Notes under the pieces: model-generated | Databases searched by the model: none | Told to the model about the DNA's origin: nothing | The model's input: only the letters and a program-made list of their open reading frames with translations | In this document: piece after piece, positions 38,210-47,522 of the stretch | Layout of the letters: the number at the start of each line of letters is the position of its first letter | How positions within the stretch are numbered: the first letter of the stretch is position 1 | From: Candidatus Eiseniibacteriota bacterium | Lineage (GTDB): Bacteria > Eisenbacteria > RBG-16-71-46 | NCBI GenBank assembly: GCA_041483195.1 | Contig: JBGPFC010000013.1 | Coordinates: 1-64,000, forward strand | Length of the DNA stretch: 64,000 nt | Reading direction: 5' to 3' | Position numbers and translations under genes: made by a program

Positions 38210-39133
38210 CTAGTCGACCGCCCGCTCCTCCCACGCGAGCAGCCCCGCGCCGATCACGCCCGCTCGTTCGCCGAGCGCGGCGGGCACGATGCGCAATCCC
38301 TGACGGTGCGAGGCGAGCGCGTAGCGCTCGACCGCCGCGCGCAGTCTCGAGAACAGCGGCTCCCCCGCCTGCGCCACGCCGCCGCCCACCACCACGACGT
38401 CGGGGTTCAGCAGGTTGATCGCGACCGCCAGCAGCGCGCCCAGTCGATCGGCCATGTGATCCACGAGACGCAGCGCGCGGGCGTCCCCGGCCGCGGCGAG
38501 CGCGAAAACGGCGGCCGCATCGGGCGCTTCGATCCCGGCCTCCCGCGCCATCGCGATCAGGCCGCTGGCCGATGCCTCGGGCTCGACGCAGTCCGCGATG
38601 CCGCAGCGACACGCGCGCCCGAGCTTCCCGAGCGGCAGGTGGCCCAGCTCGCCGGCGCCGCCGAACGCCCCGTGCAGCACGCGGCCGCCCTCGACGATGC
38701 CGCAACCCACGCCGGTCCCGAGCGTGACGGTGAGCGCGCAGCGCGCGTTGCGCGCGGCGCCGAGGGTGGCCTCCGCGAGCGCCGCGCAGTTGGCGTCGTT
38801 GTCGACCCGCACCGCGAGCGCGAGCCGCGCCTCGAGCCGCTCGCGCAGCGGGATCGCGTTCCAGTGCGGCAGGTGCGCGGTCGACGCGACCTGCGCCCCG
38901 GTCCGCGGGTGGATGACGCCGGGACAACCGAGACCGGCCGTCGCGGGCGGATGGGGCGAGAGCGCACGCAATTCCGCCACCGCCGCCTCGATCGCGGCGA
39001 GCGGCGCCTCCGCGCTCTCGAGCGTTCGCGAGGGCCGGCGCGTGAAGTGCGAGAGCGCGCCGTCGCGCGCGAGCAGCCCCGCCTTGAGATCCGTGCCCCC
39101 GAGATCGAGGGCGATCACGTGTGAGATCGCCAT
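38210..39133 (-). CDS. ROK family sugar kinase (glucokinase-like)
   Basis: ALDLGGT, NDANCAALAE, LGTGVG, GELGH, CRCG...C.E; no HTH. Confidence 0.9.
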   Translation of the reverse strand: MAISHVIALDLGGTDLKAGLLARDGALSHFTRRPSRTLESAEAPLAAIEAAVAELRALSPHPPATAGLGCPGVIHPRTGAQVASTAHLPHWNAIPLRERLEARLALAVRVDNDANCAALAEATLGAARNARCALTVTLGTGVGCGIVEGGRVLHGAFGGAGELGHLPLGKLGRACRCGIADCVEPEASASGLIAMAREAGIEAPDAAAVFALAAAGDARALRLVDHMADRLGALLAVAINLLNPDVVVVGGGVAQAGEPLFSRLRAAVERYALASHRQGLRIVPAALGERAGVIGAGLLAWEERAVD

Positions 39134-39217
39134 GCCGGCGATTATCCACGTCGCGACGCGCGCGGCCACTCCAATTCGTGATGGACCGGCCGCGTTCCCC
39201 GATGGCACAGTACGCGC

Positions 39218-41653
39218 ATGATCACATCCCTGCTGCTCGCGATCGGGCTCGCGGCCGCGCCGCCGTTGGCGCGCGCCGCGCGCGCCGCGCCGGAGCGCGC
39301 GCGGGTCGTGCCCGGGCTCTCCGCGCCGGTGCGGATCGTGGTGGACCGCTACGGCGTGTCGCACCTGCGCGCGGCGAGCCTCGCGGATCTCTATTTCGCG
39401 TGGGGCTACGTCACCGCCCGCGATCGTCTCTGGCAGCTGGAGTACACTCGGCAGGCGGCGCGGGGCGAGCTCTGGCGCTGGTTCGGAAATTCCGCGCTCC
39501 GCGCCGACGGGGGCGCGCAGCTCTTCGAGTTCCGCGAGCGGGCCGCGCGCATCTGGGCGCGCGACCGCGCCCATCCCGAGCTCGCCCTCGCGATGGAGCG
39601 CTACGCGGCCGGCATCAACGCGTTCATTGACCGCTGTCGCGCGGGGGACGAGAGCTGGCCGCCCGAGCTGACACGGCTGCGCGCGCGCCCCACAGCATGG
39701 AGGCCCGAGGATTCGGTCGCGCTGTTGCTGGGGCTGGGCGTGACGCTCGATCTCGACCTCCCGGAGCTGTCGGAGGGCGTCAGCATCGACCGCTACGGCA
39801 TGGACTGGACGATCCGCCGGCGGCGTTTCGAGGGCCAGTGGATCTACGACTCGATCCCGGACAGCGCGGCGCTGCGGCTCTACGGCGCGCCGGCGACCGC
39901 GGCGCCACGGCGCGCCCGCGCGACGACGCGCGCGTCGGCCCCTGCGCTCGAGCCGGAGTTTCCGCAGGTCGCGGGCGATCTGCTGCGCGATGCGCGCGCA
40001 TGCCTGGCGCCGCTGCTCGCCGAGCGCGATCCGGACGGGGCCAGCCGCGCGAGCAACGTGTTCGCGGTGGGGCCGAGGCGAAGCGCGAGCGGAGCCCCGC
40101 TGTTCGCCAACGATCCGCACCTCACGCTTGCGACCCCCGGACCCTTCCACGTGATCCATCTCTCGGTCCCGGGCGTGCTCGATGCGATCGGCGCGAGCGT
40201 GCCCGGACTGCCCGCGATCGTGAGCGGGCGGAGCGCGCGCTGCGCGTGGGGCGTCACGGCGCTGGGCGCGGACATGCTCGATCTCTACGCCGACACGCTC
40301 TCGAGCGACGGACGCCGCGTGAAGACCGCGGAAGGATGGGCGGCGCTGCGCGAGGCGCCTTACGATCTGCGTTACGCGCTGCTCGGCATTCCGCTGCCAC
40401 CCTTCGGACAGGTCCGGCGCTACACGCCGCACGGGCCGGTGGTCGCGTTCGATCGCAGGCGCGGGATCGCGCTGAGCGTGCGGTGGTCGGCCCTCGAGGA
40501 TCGCCGCATCTCGCTCGCCGGGCTGGTGGGCGTCGAGCGCTCGGCGTCCGCCGCCGAGGTCGCGCGGCGCTTCGGCACCCTGGTGACGCCCGGCGTCAAC
40601 CTGGTGGTGGCCGACCGCGGCGGCGACGTGGTGTATCGGGCCTGCGGCCTGCTGCCGCGCCGCCGCCTCATCCCGCCGCCCGGACCGCTGCCTTCGAATG
40701 GCCGCTACGAATGGGCCGGGTTCATCGAGCCCGATTCGATGCCGGCGTGGCACGTCCCGCCTCAAACGTTCGTCGTGAACAGCAACAATCGCCCGGTGGG
40801 CGCGGCCTATCCCGAGGCGTGGCCGCGCTTCGACTGGGCGCACGATCGCGCCTTGCGCATCGCGCAGCGGCTGGGCGGCGATCCCAGCCTTACGCTCGCG
40901 GACCTGCGCAGCGTGCAGAACGACGTGTACGCGCGCGCCGGAGTGCGCATCGTGCCGCTGCTCATCCGCCGCGCCGAGTCCGAGCCCGGCCGCCTCACGC
41001 CGCGCATGCGCGAGGCGCTCGACACCCTGCGCGCCTGGGACTTCGTCGCCCGGCGCGATCGCGTCGCGCCCACGCTGTTCCGGGCGTGGACCGGCGCGCT
41101 CACCCGGCGCTCGCGGGTCGAGGGGCTTCAGGGATTGCTGGTGGCGGCGCTCGACGGGCGCGCGCCCGACGCGTTGCGCGGCCCGGGCGGCGAGGCGCCA
41201 GAGTCGCCCGCGAGCGCCGCGATCGCCGCCCTCGACACCGCGCTCACGCGGCTCTCGATCATGCTCGGCCCCGACCTCGCGCGCTGGACGTGGGGACGCG
41301 TCCATCGCGCGCGCTTTCGCCACGAGCTGAGCGATTTCGCGCACGACGGCCGCGGCGCGTGGGAGCCGGCGCCGATCGCGGTGGACGGCGACGGCAGCAG
41401 CCCGGCGGTGGCGCCATCGCGCCTGCCGTGGAACACCGAGGTCACGCACGGCCCGGCGTGGCGCGTGCTCGTGGACCTCGCGATCGCGGATTCCGCGCTG
41501 GGCGTGGTGCCGCCCGGCAACGCGGGCTCCGGCCCGCATCAACGCGATCTGCTCGCGCGCTGGGCCGGGCACGGCTACGTGCCGCTCTACCTCGCGTGGG
41601 ATCGGATCGAGGCCGCGAAGGAATCCGAGCTGACGCTGAACCCCGCGCGCTGA
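39218..41653 (+). CDS. Penicillin acylase family Ntn-hydrolase
   Basis: Signal peptide, DRYGVSH, ARDRLWQ, ASNVFAV.P.RS.SG.PL.ANDPHL, NSNN. Confidence 0.92.
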   Translation: MITSLLLAIGLAAAPPLARAARAAPERARVVPGLSAPVRIVVDRYGVSHLRAASLADLYFAWGYVTARDRLWQLEYTRQAARGELWRWFGNSALRADGGAQLFEFRERAARIWARDRAHPELALAMERYAAGINAFIDRCRAGDESWPPELTRLRARPTAWRPEDSVALLLGLGVTLDLDLPELSEGVSIDRYGMDWTIRRRRFEGQWIYDSIPDSAALRLYGAPATAAPRRARATTRASAPALEPEFPQVAGDLLRDARACLAPLLAERDPDGASRASNVFAVGPRRSASGAPLFANDPHLTLATPGPFHVIHLSVPGVLDAIGASVPGLPAIVSGRSARCAWGVTALGADMLDLYADTLSSDGRRVKTAEGWAALREAPYDLRYALLGIPLPPFGQVRRYTPHGPVVAFDRRRGIALSVRWSALEDRRISLAGLVGVERSASAAEVARRFGTLVTPGVNLVVADRGGDVVYRACGLLPRRRLIPPPGPLPSNGRYEWAGFIEPDSMPAWHVPPQTFVVNSNNRPVGAAYPEAWPRFDWAHDRALRIAQRLGGDPSLTLADLRSVQNDVYARAGVRIVPLLIRRAESEPGRLTPRMREALDTLRAWDFVARRDRVAPTLFRAWTGALTRRSRVEGLQGLLVAALDGRAPDALRGPGGEAPESPASAAIAALDTALTRLSIMLGPDLARWTWGRVHRARFRHELSDFAHDGRGAWEPAPIAVDGDGSSPAVAPSRLPWNTEVTHGPAWRVLVDLAIADSALGVVPPGNAGSGPHQRDLLARWAGHGYVPLYLAWDRIEAAKESELTLNPAR

Positions 41654-41705
41654 GAGGGTGCCGGGGTCCGCTCGAGGGCTGCGGCCCACGATGGCCGCGC
41701 TCCGC

Positions 41706-42338
41706 TCAGCGGTCGTTCCGGAACAGCAGCGTGACGCCCGCCAGCAGCTCGTGCTCCGAGAAATCCGCGACCGGATCGGAGAGGATCCGGCGGTAGCGAT
41801 ATTCGAAGCGCAGCGCGGCGCGCGCGTCGACCAGCTCCCGCAGGCCGACGCTGGCCCCGAGCGGATGTCGCGCCTGCCGGAAGCTGCCGAGCCATTCCTC
41901 GCGCACTCCCCCGCCGATCGCCGCGAACGCGACGAGCCGGCCCCCGCCGATCCGCCGGTGGAGCGAGACGCCGAGCTCGAGATCCATCTCGTCGAGGCCG
42001 CCGACGTGGAGGTACGAGAGCTCCGGCTCGAGCCCGATGAGCGCCGGGCCGCACGAGGCGAATCGCCCGGCGCGAATCTGCACGGTCGCGTGCGAGGCGC
42101 CATCGACGCTGGTGTACGATCCCGCGATCCCGGCCTCGATCGCGCCGGCGTGCAGCGTCGGCGCGGCCGGCCGGCTCGATTCCACCGCCGAAGACGCGGC
42201 CGCCGGGGATGCGGGCGCGGCGGCGGTCGCGGTCGCGGTCCTCGCGTTCATCACGCCCAGCAGGACCGCCGCCAGCCAAACGATCGCGTTCGCTCTCACG
42301 CGATCGGACTCGCGCGCGAATGCCACGTTCACCTCCAT
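41706..42338 (-). CDS. Putative outer-membrane beta-barrel protein
   Basis: Signal-like N-terminus, alternating amphipathic strands, LRFEYRY...GVTLLF; start may be GTG 42299. Confidence 0.6.
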   Translation of the reverse strand: MEVNVAFARESDRVRANAIVWLAAVLLGVMNARTATATAAAPASPAAASSAVESSRPAAPTLHAGAIEAGIAGSYTSVDGASHATVQIRAGRFASCGPALIGLEPELSYLHVGGLDEMDLELGVSLHRRIGGGRLVAFAAIGGGVREEWLGSFRQARHPLGASVGLRELVDARAALRFEYRYRRILSDPVADFSEHELLAGVTLLFRNDR

Positions 42339-43363
42339 GCGGCCGCGAGCTCCGCGGCAGCCGGCTTTCCGTTCGGCGTGTAGTCCGCGTTCGCGGCACC
42401 GCCCGATCCGTCCGCGAGCCAGTTCCACCACCACAGTCCCGCGATCCACGGCTTGCCGCCGGTGGCTTCGAGCGCGGCCCAGTAGAGATCCGCCTGCTCG
42501 GCCACGTCGACGGGCGCGCCGCGATCGAACGCGTAGGGACGCATGCCCGCGCCGTTCACGCTCGGATAGCCGATCTCCGTGATCAGGATCGGCCTTCCGC
42601 TCTGCCGATGAAGGCGCTCGAGACGTTCGAGCCAGGGCTGCCAGCCCGCGAGCAGCTCGAGGCGGCCCGGATTCTCACGCGACGCCACCGGAAAATAGAA
42701 GTCGACGCCCACGCGATCGAGCGCGTCCCAGAACCTCACGCGCGCGGCTTCGTCCCACGAAGCCGCGTACACGATCTCACCGGAGTAGACCGCGCGCACC
42801 TCGCGGATGGTCTCGCGCCACTCCGCCTCGTGCTCGAGCGTCCCCGCGAGCTCGGTGCCGATCACGAATTGGGGCGCGCCGATCGACTCGGCGAGCGCCG
42901 CCCACGGGCGGATGAACGCGCGATAGGCCGCGAACCACGCTGCCGCGTCGCCGGGCTCGATGGTGCCGCGCCACCCACCGCCGTCGAGATCGACGTGAGG
43001 CTTGAACGCGACGGCGAGCCCGCGCGCGGCGGCCGCGGCGACCAGCGTGCGCACCGCCCCCGCGCTGGGGGTGCGCGCCGCATCCACGCGCGGGGCGCTC
43101 GCGCGCGCGTCCGCCTGGTAGGCGGTGACCACGACCGGCAGCACGCGCGCCCCGGTGCGCGCGATGGCGTCGAGGGCCGAGAGCGCGGAGGGCGCCGCGT
43201 AGCCGTTCGCGGTCCAGTCGGCGAGGATGATCCCGCGCGCGGGCGCGCGCGGCGCGTGGGCGGGACCGGTGGGCAGCCGATCGCAGGCCACCGCCGCGAT
43301 CAGGCTCAGCGCCGCGAGGGATCGAAGCGTGCGTCCTGCGCGGCGGCCGCGCGGGGCCGGCAA
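42329..43363 (-). CDS. Glycoside hydrolase family 113-like lipoprotein
   Basis: Lipobox-like IAAVAC; FKPHV, IGTEL, YAASWD, GVDFYFP, ITEIGYPS; TTG start is tentative. Confidence 0.8.
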   Translation of the reverse strand: MPAPRGRRAGRTLRSLAALSLIAAVACDRLPTGPAHAPRAPARGIILADWTANGYAAPSALSALDAIARTGARVLPVVVTAYQADARASAPRVDAARTPSAGAVRTLVAAAAARGLAVAFKPHVDLDGGGWRGTIEPGDAAAWFAAYRAFIRPWAALAESIGAPQFVIGTELAGTLEHEAEWRETIREVRAVYSGEIVYAASWDEAARVRFWDALDRVGVDFYFPVASRENPGRLELLAGWQPWLERLERLHRQSGRPILITEIGYPSVNGAGMRPYAFDRGAPVDVAEQADLYWAALEATGGKPWIAGLWWWNWLADGSGGAANADYTPNGKPAAAELAAAWR

Positions 43364-43377
43364 CTCCCGCCTCGCGC

Positions 43378-45513
43378 TCAGTACGCCGCGAGCTCGCGAA
43401 TCGCCCGCAGCATGTCGGCCTTCTGCGGAAGGATGTGATCCTCGAGCTGGGGCGAGTAGGCGACCGGGGTGTCGAGCGCCGCGACGCGACGCACCGGGGC
43501 GTCGAGGTCCATGAAGCACTCCGACGCGATGCGGGCCGCGACCTCGGCGCCGTAACCACAGAACAGCGTGTCCTCGTGCGCGACGATCACGCGTCCGGTC
43601 TTCTGCACGGAGCGCGCGACACTCTCGAAGTCGAGCGGCTGGAGCGTGCGCAGGTCGAGGATCTCGGTCTCGATGCCCTCCTCGGCCAGCTCCTGCGCGG
43701 CGAGGTAACTGCGCTGCACCATCGCGCCATAGGTCACCACCGTGAGGTCGTGGCCGGAGCGCACCAGACGCGCTCGGCCGAATGGCACGGTGTAGTCGGG
43801 GCCGGGATACGGTCCCTTCGCGTAGGGCTGGCGGTAGAGGTGCTTGTGCTCGAGGAACAGCACCGGATCCTCGCAGCGCAGCGCGGTGCGCATCAGCCCG
43901 TTCGCGTCGAGCGCGGTGCTGGGCAATACCACGCGCAGCCCCGGACAGTGCGCGAAGATGCTCTCGCCGCACTGGCTGTGATACGGCGCGCCTCCGCGCA
44001 GGTATCCGCCGTAGGCGGTGCGGATGATGACCGGGCACGCGAACGCGTTGTTGGAGCGGTAGCGCATGTATCCCAGCTCGTTTCGGATCTGCATCATCGC
44101 CGGCCAGATGTAGTCGAAGAACTGCACCTCGACCACCGGCCGGAAGCCCAGCGTCGCGAGGCCGATCGCGCGTCCCACGATGTTGGCCTCGGCGAGCGGC
44201 GAGTTGTAGACGCGGGTGCTTCCGAACTGTTTCTGGAGCCCCCACGTGACCCCGAACACTCCGCCCTTTCCCCGGGTCTCGTCCAGCACCTGCTCGCGTG
44301 AGGCGTCTGCGATGTCCTCGCCGAACATCAGGATTCGCGGGTCGCGGCGCATCTCGTCGCGCAGGCAGTAGTTGATGTTCTGGAGCATGGTCTCGTTCGA
44401 GGCCGGGTTCTCGATGCTCGGTTCCACCGCGAACCGCTCCGAGGTGGGATCGACGTCCGGCGAGAACACGTAGAGCGTGGCGGTCGAGGTCGCGGGCTGG
44501 GCGCTCTGCTGCGCCTCCTCGCTGGAGCGCCGGATCAGGGCGAGTGCCTCCTGCTCGATTCGCTCCAGCCCTTCACGGTCGGCGAAGCCCTCGTCGATCA
44601 GGAAGCGCGCGTAGGTCCGCAGGCAATCCTTCTCGGCTTCGGTGTCGCGTTCCGCCTTCGAGCGATACTTGGTCTCGTCATCCGACATCGAGTGCGAGTA
44701 GGGGCGCGTGACGAGCGCGCGCACCAGCGCGGGGCCGCGTCGCGCCCGGCAGTGATCGATCGCCTCCTTCAGGATCCCGTACGACTCGACCGGGTCGCTG
44801 CCGTTGATCTCCCCCACCCAGTGCAGATTCGGGAAGTTGCGCACCAGCTGCGCGACGTTGCCCCCCGCGGTCTGAACGTCGACCGGAACCGAGATCGCGT
44901 AGCCGTTGTCCTCGATCAGGAACAGCACCGGCAGCTTCAGGTTGCACGCCGAATTCATCGCCTCCCAGAACTCGCCTTCGCTGGTGGTGCCGTCGCCCGC
45001 CGTGACCAGCACGACGTCGTCGCCGTGCGCGCGGCCGCGCAGCGAAGGATGCTCGCCCTCGAGCGCCGAGTACTTCACCAGCGCCTCGGCCGCGCCCACC
45101 GCCTGGAGGAACTGGGTGCCGGTCGGGCTCGACTGCGAAACGATGTGGAGCGCCTGGTGGCCCCAGTGGCTCGGCATCTGGCGGCCGCCCGAGTTGGGAT
45201 CGTCGGCGGAGGCCAGCGCCGAGAGCAGCATCTCCCTCGGGGTCATGCCCAGCTGGAGGCAGAGCGCGCGGTCGCGATAGTACGGGTAGAACCAGTCGTA
45301 CCCGGGACGCAGCAGCTTGCCGGCCGCGATCAGCACCGCCTCGTGCCCCGCGCCCGAGATCTGAAAGAAGATCTTGTCCAGCTTCTTGAGGCGAATCTCC
45401 TCGTCGTCGAGGCGGCGCGAGGTGAACATCGTGCGGTAAAAGCCGACCAGGTCGGGGACCGTGAGGCCGTGATAACGGGTTACCGGGGTCGCGGTCGTGC
45501 GCGTCGCCGCCAT
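43378..45513 (-). CDS. 2-oxoacid dehydrogenase E1, fused alpha-beta (branched-chain-like)
   Basis: [25 protein letters not shown]...N ThDP motif, [25 protein letters not shown]. Confidence 0.95.
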   Translation of the reverse strand: MAATRTTATPVTRYHGLTVPDLVGFYRTMFTSRRLDDEEIRLKKLDKIFFQISGAGHEAVLIAAGKLLRPGYDWFYPYYRDRALCLQLGMTPREMLLSALASADDPNSGGRQMPSHWGHQALHIVSQSSPTGTQFLQAVGAAEALVKYSALEGEHPSLRGRAHGDDVVLVTAGDGTTSEGEFWEAMNSACNLKLPVLFLIEDNGYAISVPVDVQTAGGNVAQLVRNFPNLHWVGEINGSDPVESYGILKEAIDHCRARRGPALVRALVTRPYSHSMSDDETKYRSKAERDTEAEKDCLRTYARFLIDEGFADREGLERIEQEALALIRRSSEEAQQSAQPATSTATLYVFSPDVDPTSERFAVEPSIENPASNETMLQNINYCLRDEMRRDPRILMFGEDIADASREQVLDETRGKGGVFGVTWGLQKQFGSTRVYNSPLAEANIVGRAIGLATLGFRPVVEVQFFDYIWPAMMQIRNELGYMRYRSNNAFACPVIIRTAYGGYLRGGAPYHSQCGESIFAHCPGLRVVLPSTALDANGLMRTALRCEDPVLFLEHKHLYRQPYAKGPYPGPDYTVPFGRARLVRSGHDLTVVTYGAMVQRSYLAAQELAEEGIETEILDLRTLQPLDFESVARSVQKTGRVIVAHEDTLFCGYGAEVAARIASECFMDLDAPVRRVAALDTPVAYSPQLEDHILPQKADMLRAIRELAAY

Positions 45514-45613
45514 CGGAATGGCTTCTCCTTGCGCTAGAGGGTCCAGACTCCACGAAAGACTAGCCGACCGCACGCGACGCTTCAACCGCGGGGACCGCGC
45601 GACCCGCGGCGCT

Positions 45614-47332
45614 TCAGGCCGACGCGCGCGGGCGAGGATCGCGGCGTGCGCCGCTCAGCAGCAGGCCCACCGCCATCACCACCCCGCAGCCGATCAGGTT
45701 GTACCAGAGGAACGAGATGCGCGTGAGCCGGAAGCACGCGATCACCACGGTTTCCGCGACGATCGCGCCCCAGAACACGGCGGAGCCGCCCACCCGCTTC
45801 AGCAGGAACGCTGTGAGGAAGATGCCGAGGATGGTGCCGTAGAAGAGCGAGCCCAGGATGTTGACCGCCTCGATCAGGCTCCCGAGCCGCGCCGCGTACT
45901 CCGCGAATCCGACCGCGAAGGCGGCCCAGATCACGGTCGCCCATCGCGAGACGTCGAGCTCGTGGCGGGCGACGGTCTCGGATCCGGCCGGCACACTCGA
46001 ACGCAGGCGGCGCCACACATCCACGACCGTGGTCGACGCGAGCGCGCTCATCTCAGCGGAGCTGGAGTTCATCGAGGCGGCGAACATCGCCGCCAGCACC
46101 AGGCCGATCAGCCCGATCGGGAGGTGGTGGAGCACGAAGGTGAGGAAGACGTAGTTCGTGTCGCTGGTCTGCGCGCCGGGATCGGTCGCCTGCACGATCG
46201 CCACCGCCTCGCCGCGCAGGCTCTGGGTGGAATCGTGCGCCGCCCGCAGCGCGCGCCCCGCGGCCGCGATCGCGGCCGCGTCGCCCGCGTGGCGCGCCGC
46301 GACCAGCGCCAGCGCCCGATCGCGCCTCGCATCGCTCGCGCGCGCGTAGCGTCGCTCCAGATCGCGCCACGCCTCGCCGTGCGGACCGCTCGCGGCCTTG
46401 TGCGATTCCACGGGATTGAAGAACAGCGGAGCGGGCGCGAACTGGTAGAACGCGAACACCATCACCCCGAGCAGCAGGATGAAGAGCTGCATCGGCACCT
46501 TCACCATTCCGTTGAACAGCAGCCCCAGCCGGCTCTGCGTCACCGACCGGCCGGACAGGTAGCGGCCGACCTCCGACTGGTCGGTTCCGAAGTAGGACAG
46601 TTGCAGGAAGAACCCGCCGATCAGGCCGGACCACAGGTTGTATCGGTCGTTCGGATCGAACGCCGGGTTGAGCGCGTTGAAGCGCCCGAGCCGCCCCGCG
46701 ACCGCGGCGGCGTCGAGGGGTCCCACCCCGTGCGGCAACGAGCCGAGGATGGTGACGAACGCCGCCACCATGGTGGCCATGATGATGCTGAACTGCAGGA
46801 CGTGAGAGTGGCTCACCGCACGGCTCCCGCCGCTGGTGATCGCCAGCGCCACCAGCGCGCCGAGCAGCGCGCAGGTCCAGCCCACGTCCCACCCGAGCAG
46901 CACCGAGAGCACCAGGGCGGGCGCGTAGATCGTGACCCCGGCCGAGAGACCGCGCTGCACCAGGAACAGCAGGGAGGCGAGCGTTCGCGTCTTCGCATCG
47001 AACCGCCCCTCGAGGAACTCGTACGCCGTGAACACCTTCATGCGGTGGTAGACCGGCACCGCGGTCATGCACAGCACGACCATCGCGAGCGGCAGGCCGA
47101 AGTAGAACTGCACGAAGCGCAGCCCGTCCGCGTACCCCTGGCCCGGCGTCGAGATGAACGTGACCGCGCTCGCCTGGGTCGCCATCACCGAGAGCGCGAC
47201 CACCGGCCACGGCATGCTGCGATCGGCGAGCAGGTAGCCGGTGAGATCGCGGTTGCCGCGCCCGCGCCAGTTTCCGTACGCGACGAAGCCGAGCAGCGCG
47301 ACGCACAGCACGAACCAGTCGAGCGCGCTCAC
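45614..47332 (-). CDS. Sodium:solute symporter (SSS)
   Basis: [26 protein letters not shown]...RYL, AASM. Confidence 0.93.
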   Translation of the reverse strand: MSALDWFVLCVALLGFVAYGNWRGRGNRDLTGYLLADRSMPWPVVALSVMATQASAVTFISTPGQGYADGLRFVQFYFGLPLAMVVLCMTAVPVYHRMKVFTAYEFLEGRFDAKTRTLASLLFLVQRGLSAGVTIYAPALVLSVLLGWDVGWTCALLGALVALAITSGGSRAVSHSHVLQFSIIMATMVAAFVTILGSLPHGVGPLDAAAVAGRLGRFNALNPAFDPNDRYNLWSGLIGGFFLQLSYFGTDQSEVGRYLSGRSVTQSRLGLLFNGMVKVPMQLFILLLGVMVFAFYQFAPAPLFFNPVESHKAASGPHGEAWRDLERRYARASDARRDRALALVAARHAGDAAAIAAAGRALRAAHDSTQSLRGEAVAIVQATDPGAQTSDTNYVFLTFVLHHLPIGLIGLVLAAMFAASMNSSSAEMSALASTTVVDVWRRLRSSVPAGSETVARHELDVSRWATVIWAAFAVGFAEYAARLGSLIEAVNILGSLFYGTILGIFLTAFLLKRVGGSAVFWGAIVAETVVIACFRLTRISFLWYNLIGCGVVMAVGLLLSGARRDPRPRASA

Positions 47333-47372
47333 GAACGCCCCCGCGGCGCGCCGCGGGCGGAGCGCGCGGCGA

Positions 47373-47522
47373 TCATGCGAAGCGGTGCGTCAGCCACGCG
47401 CACAGCGCGATCAGCGCGATCAGCGCGCCCAGCACCACCGCGTAGAGGTTGCGCCAGCGGCCCAGGATCGGCGGCGGCTCCTCCCGTTCGGGGAGAGTCG
47501 GCGGCCCCCCGCCCGCGTTCAT
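47373..47522 (-). CDS. 49-aa single-TM small protein between PIG-L and SSS
   Basis: ATGA overlap with the PIG-L stop; MNAGGGPPTLPEREEPPPILGRWRNLYAVVLGALIALIALCAWLTHRFA. Confidence 0.75.
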   Translation of the reverse strand: MNAGGGPPTLPEREEPPPILGRWRNLYAVVLGALIALIALCAWLTHRFA

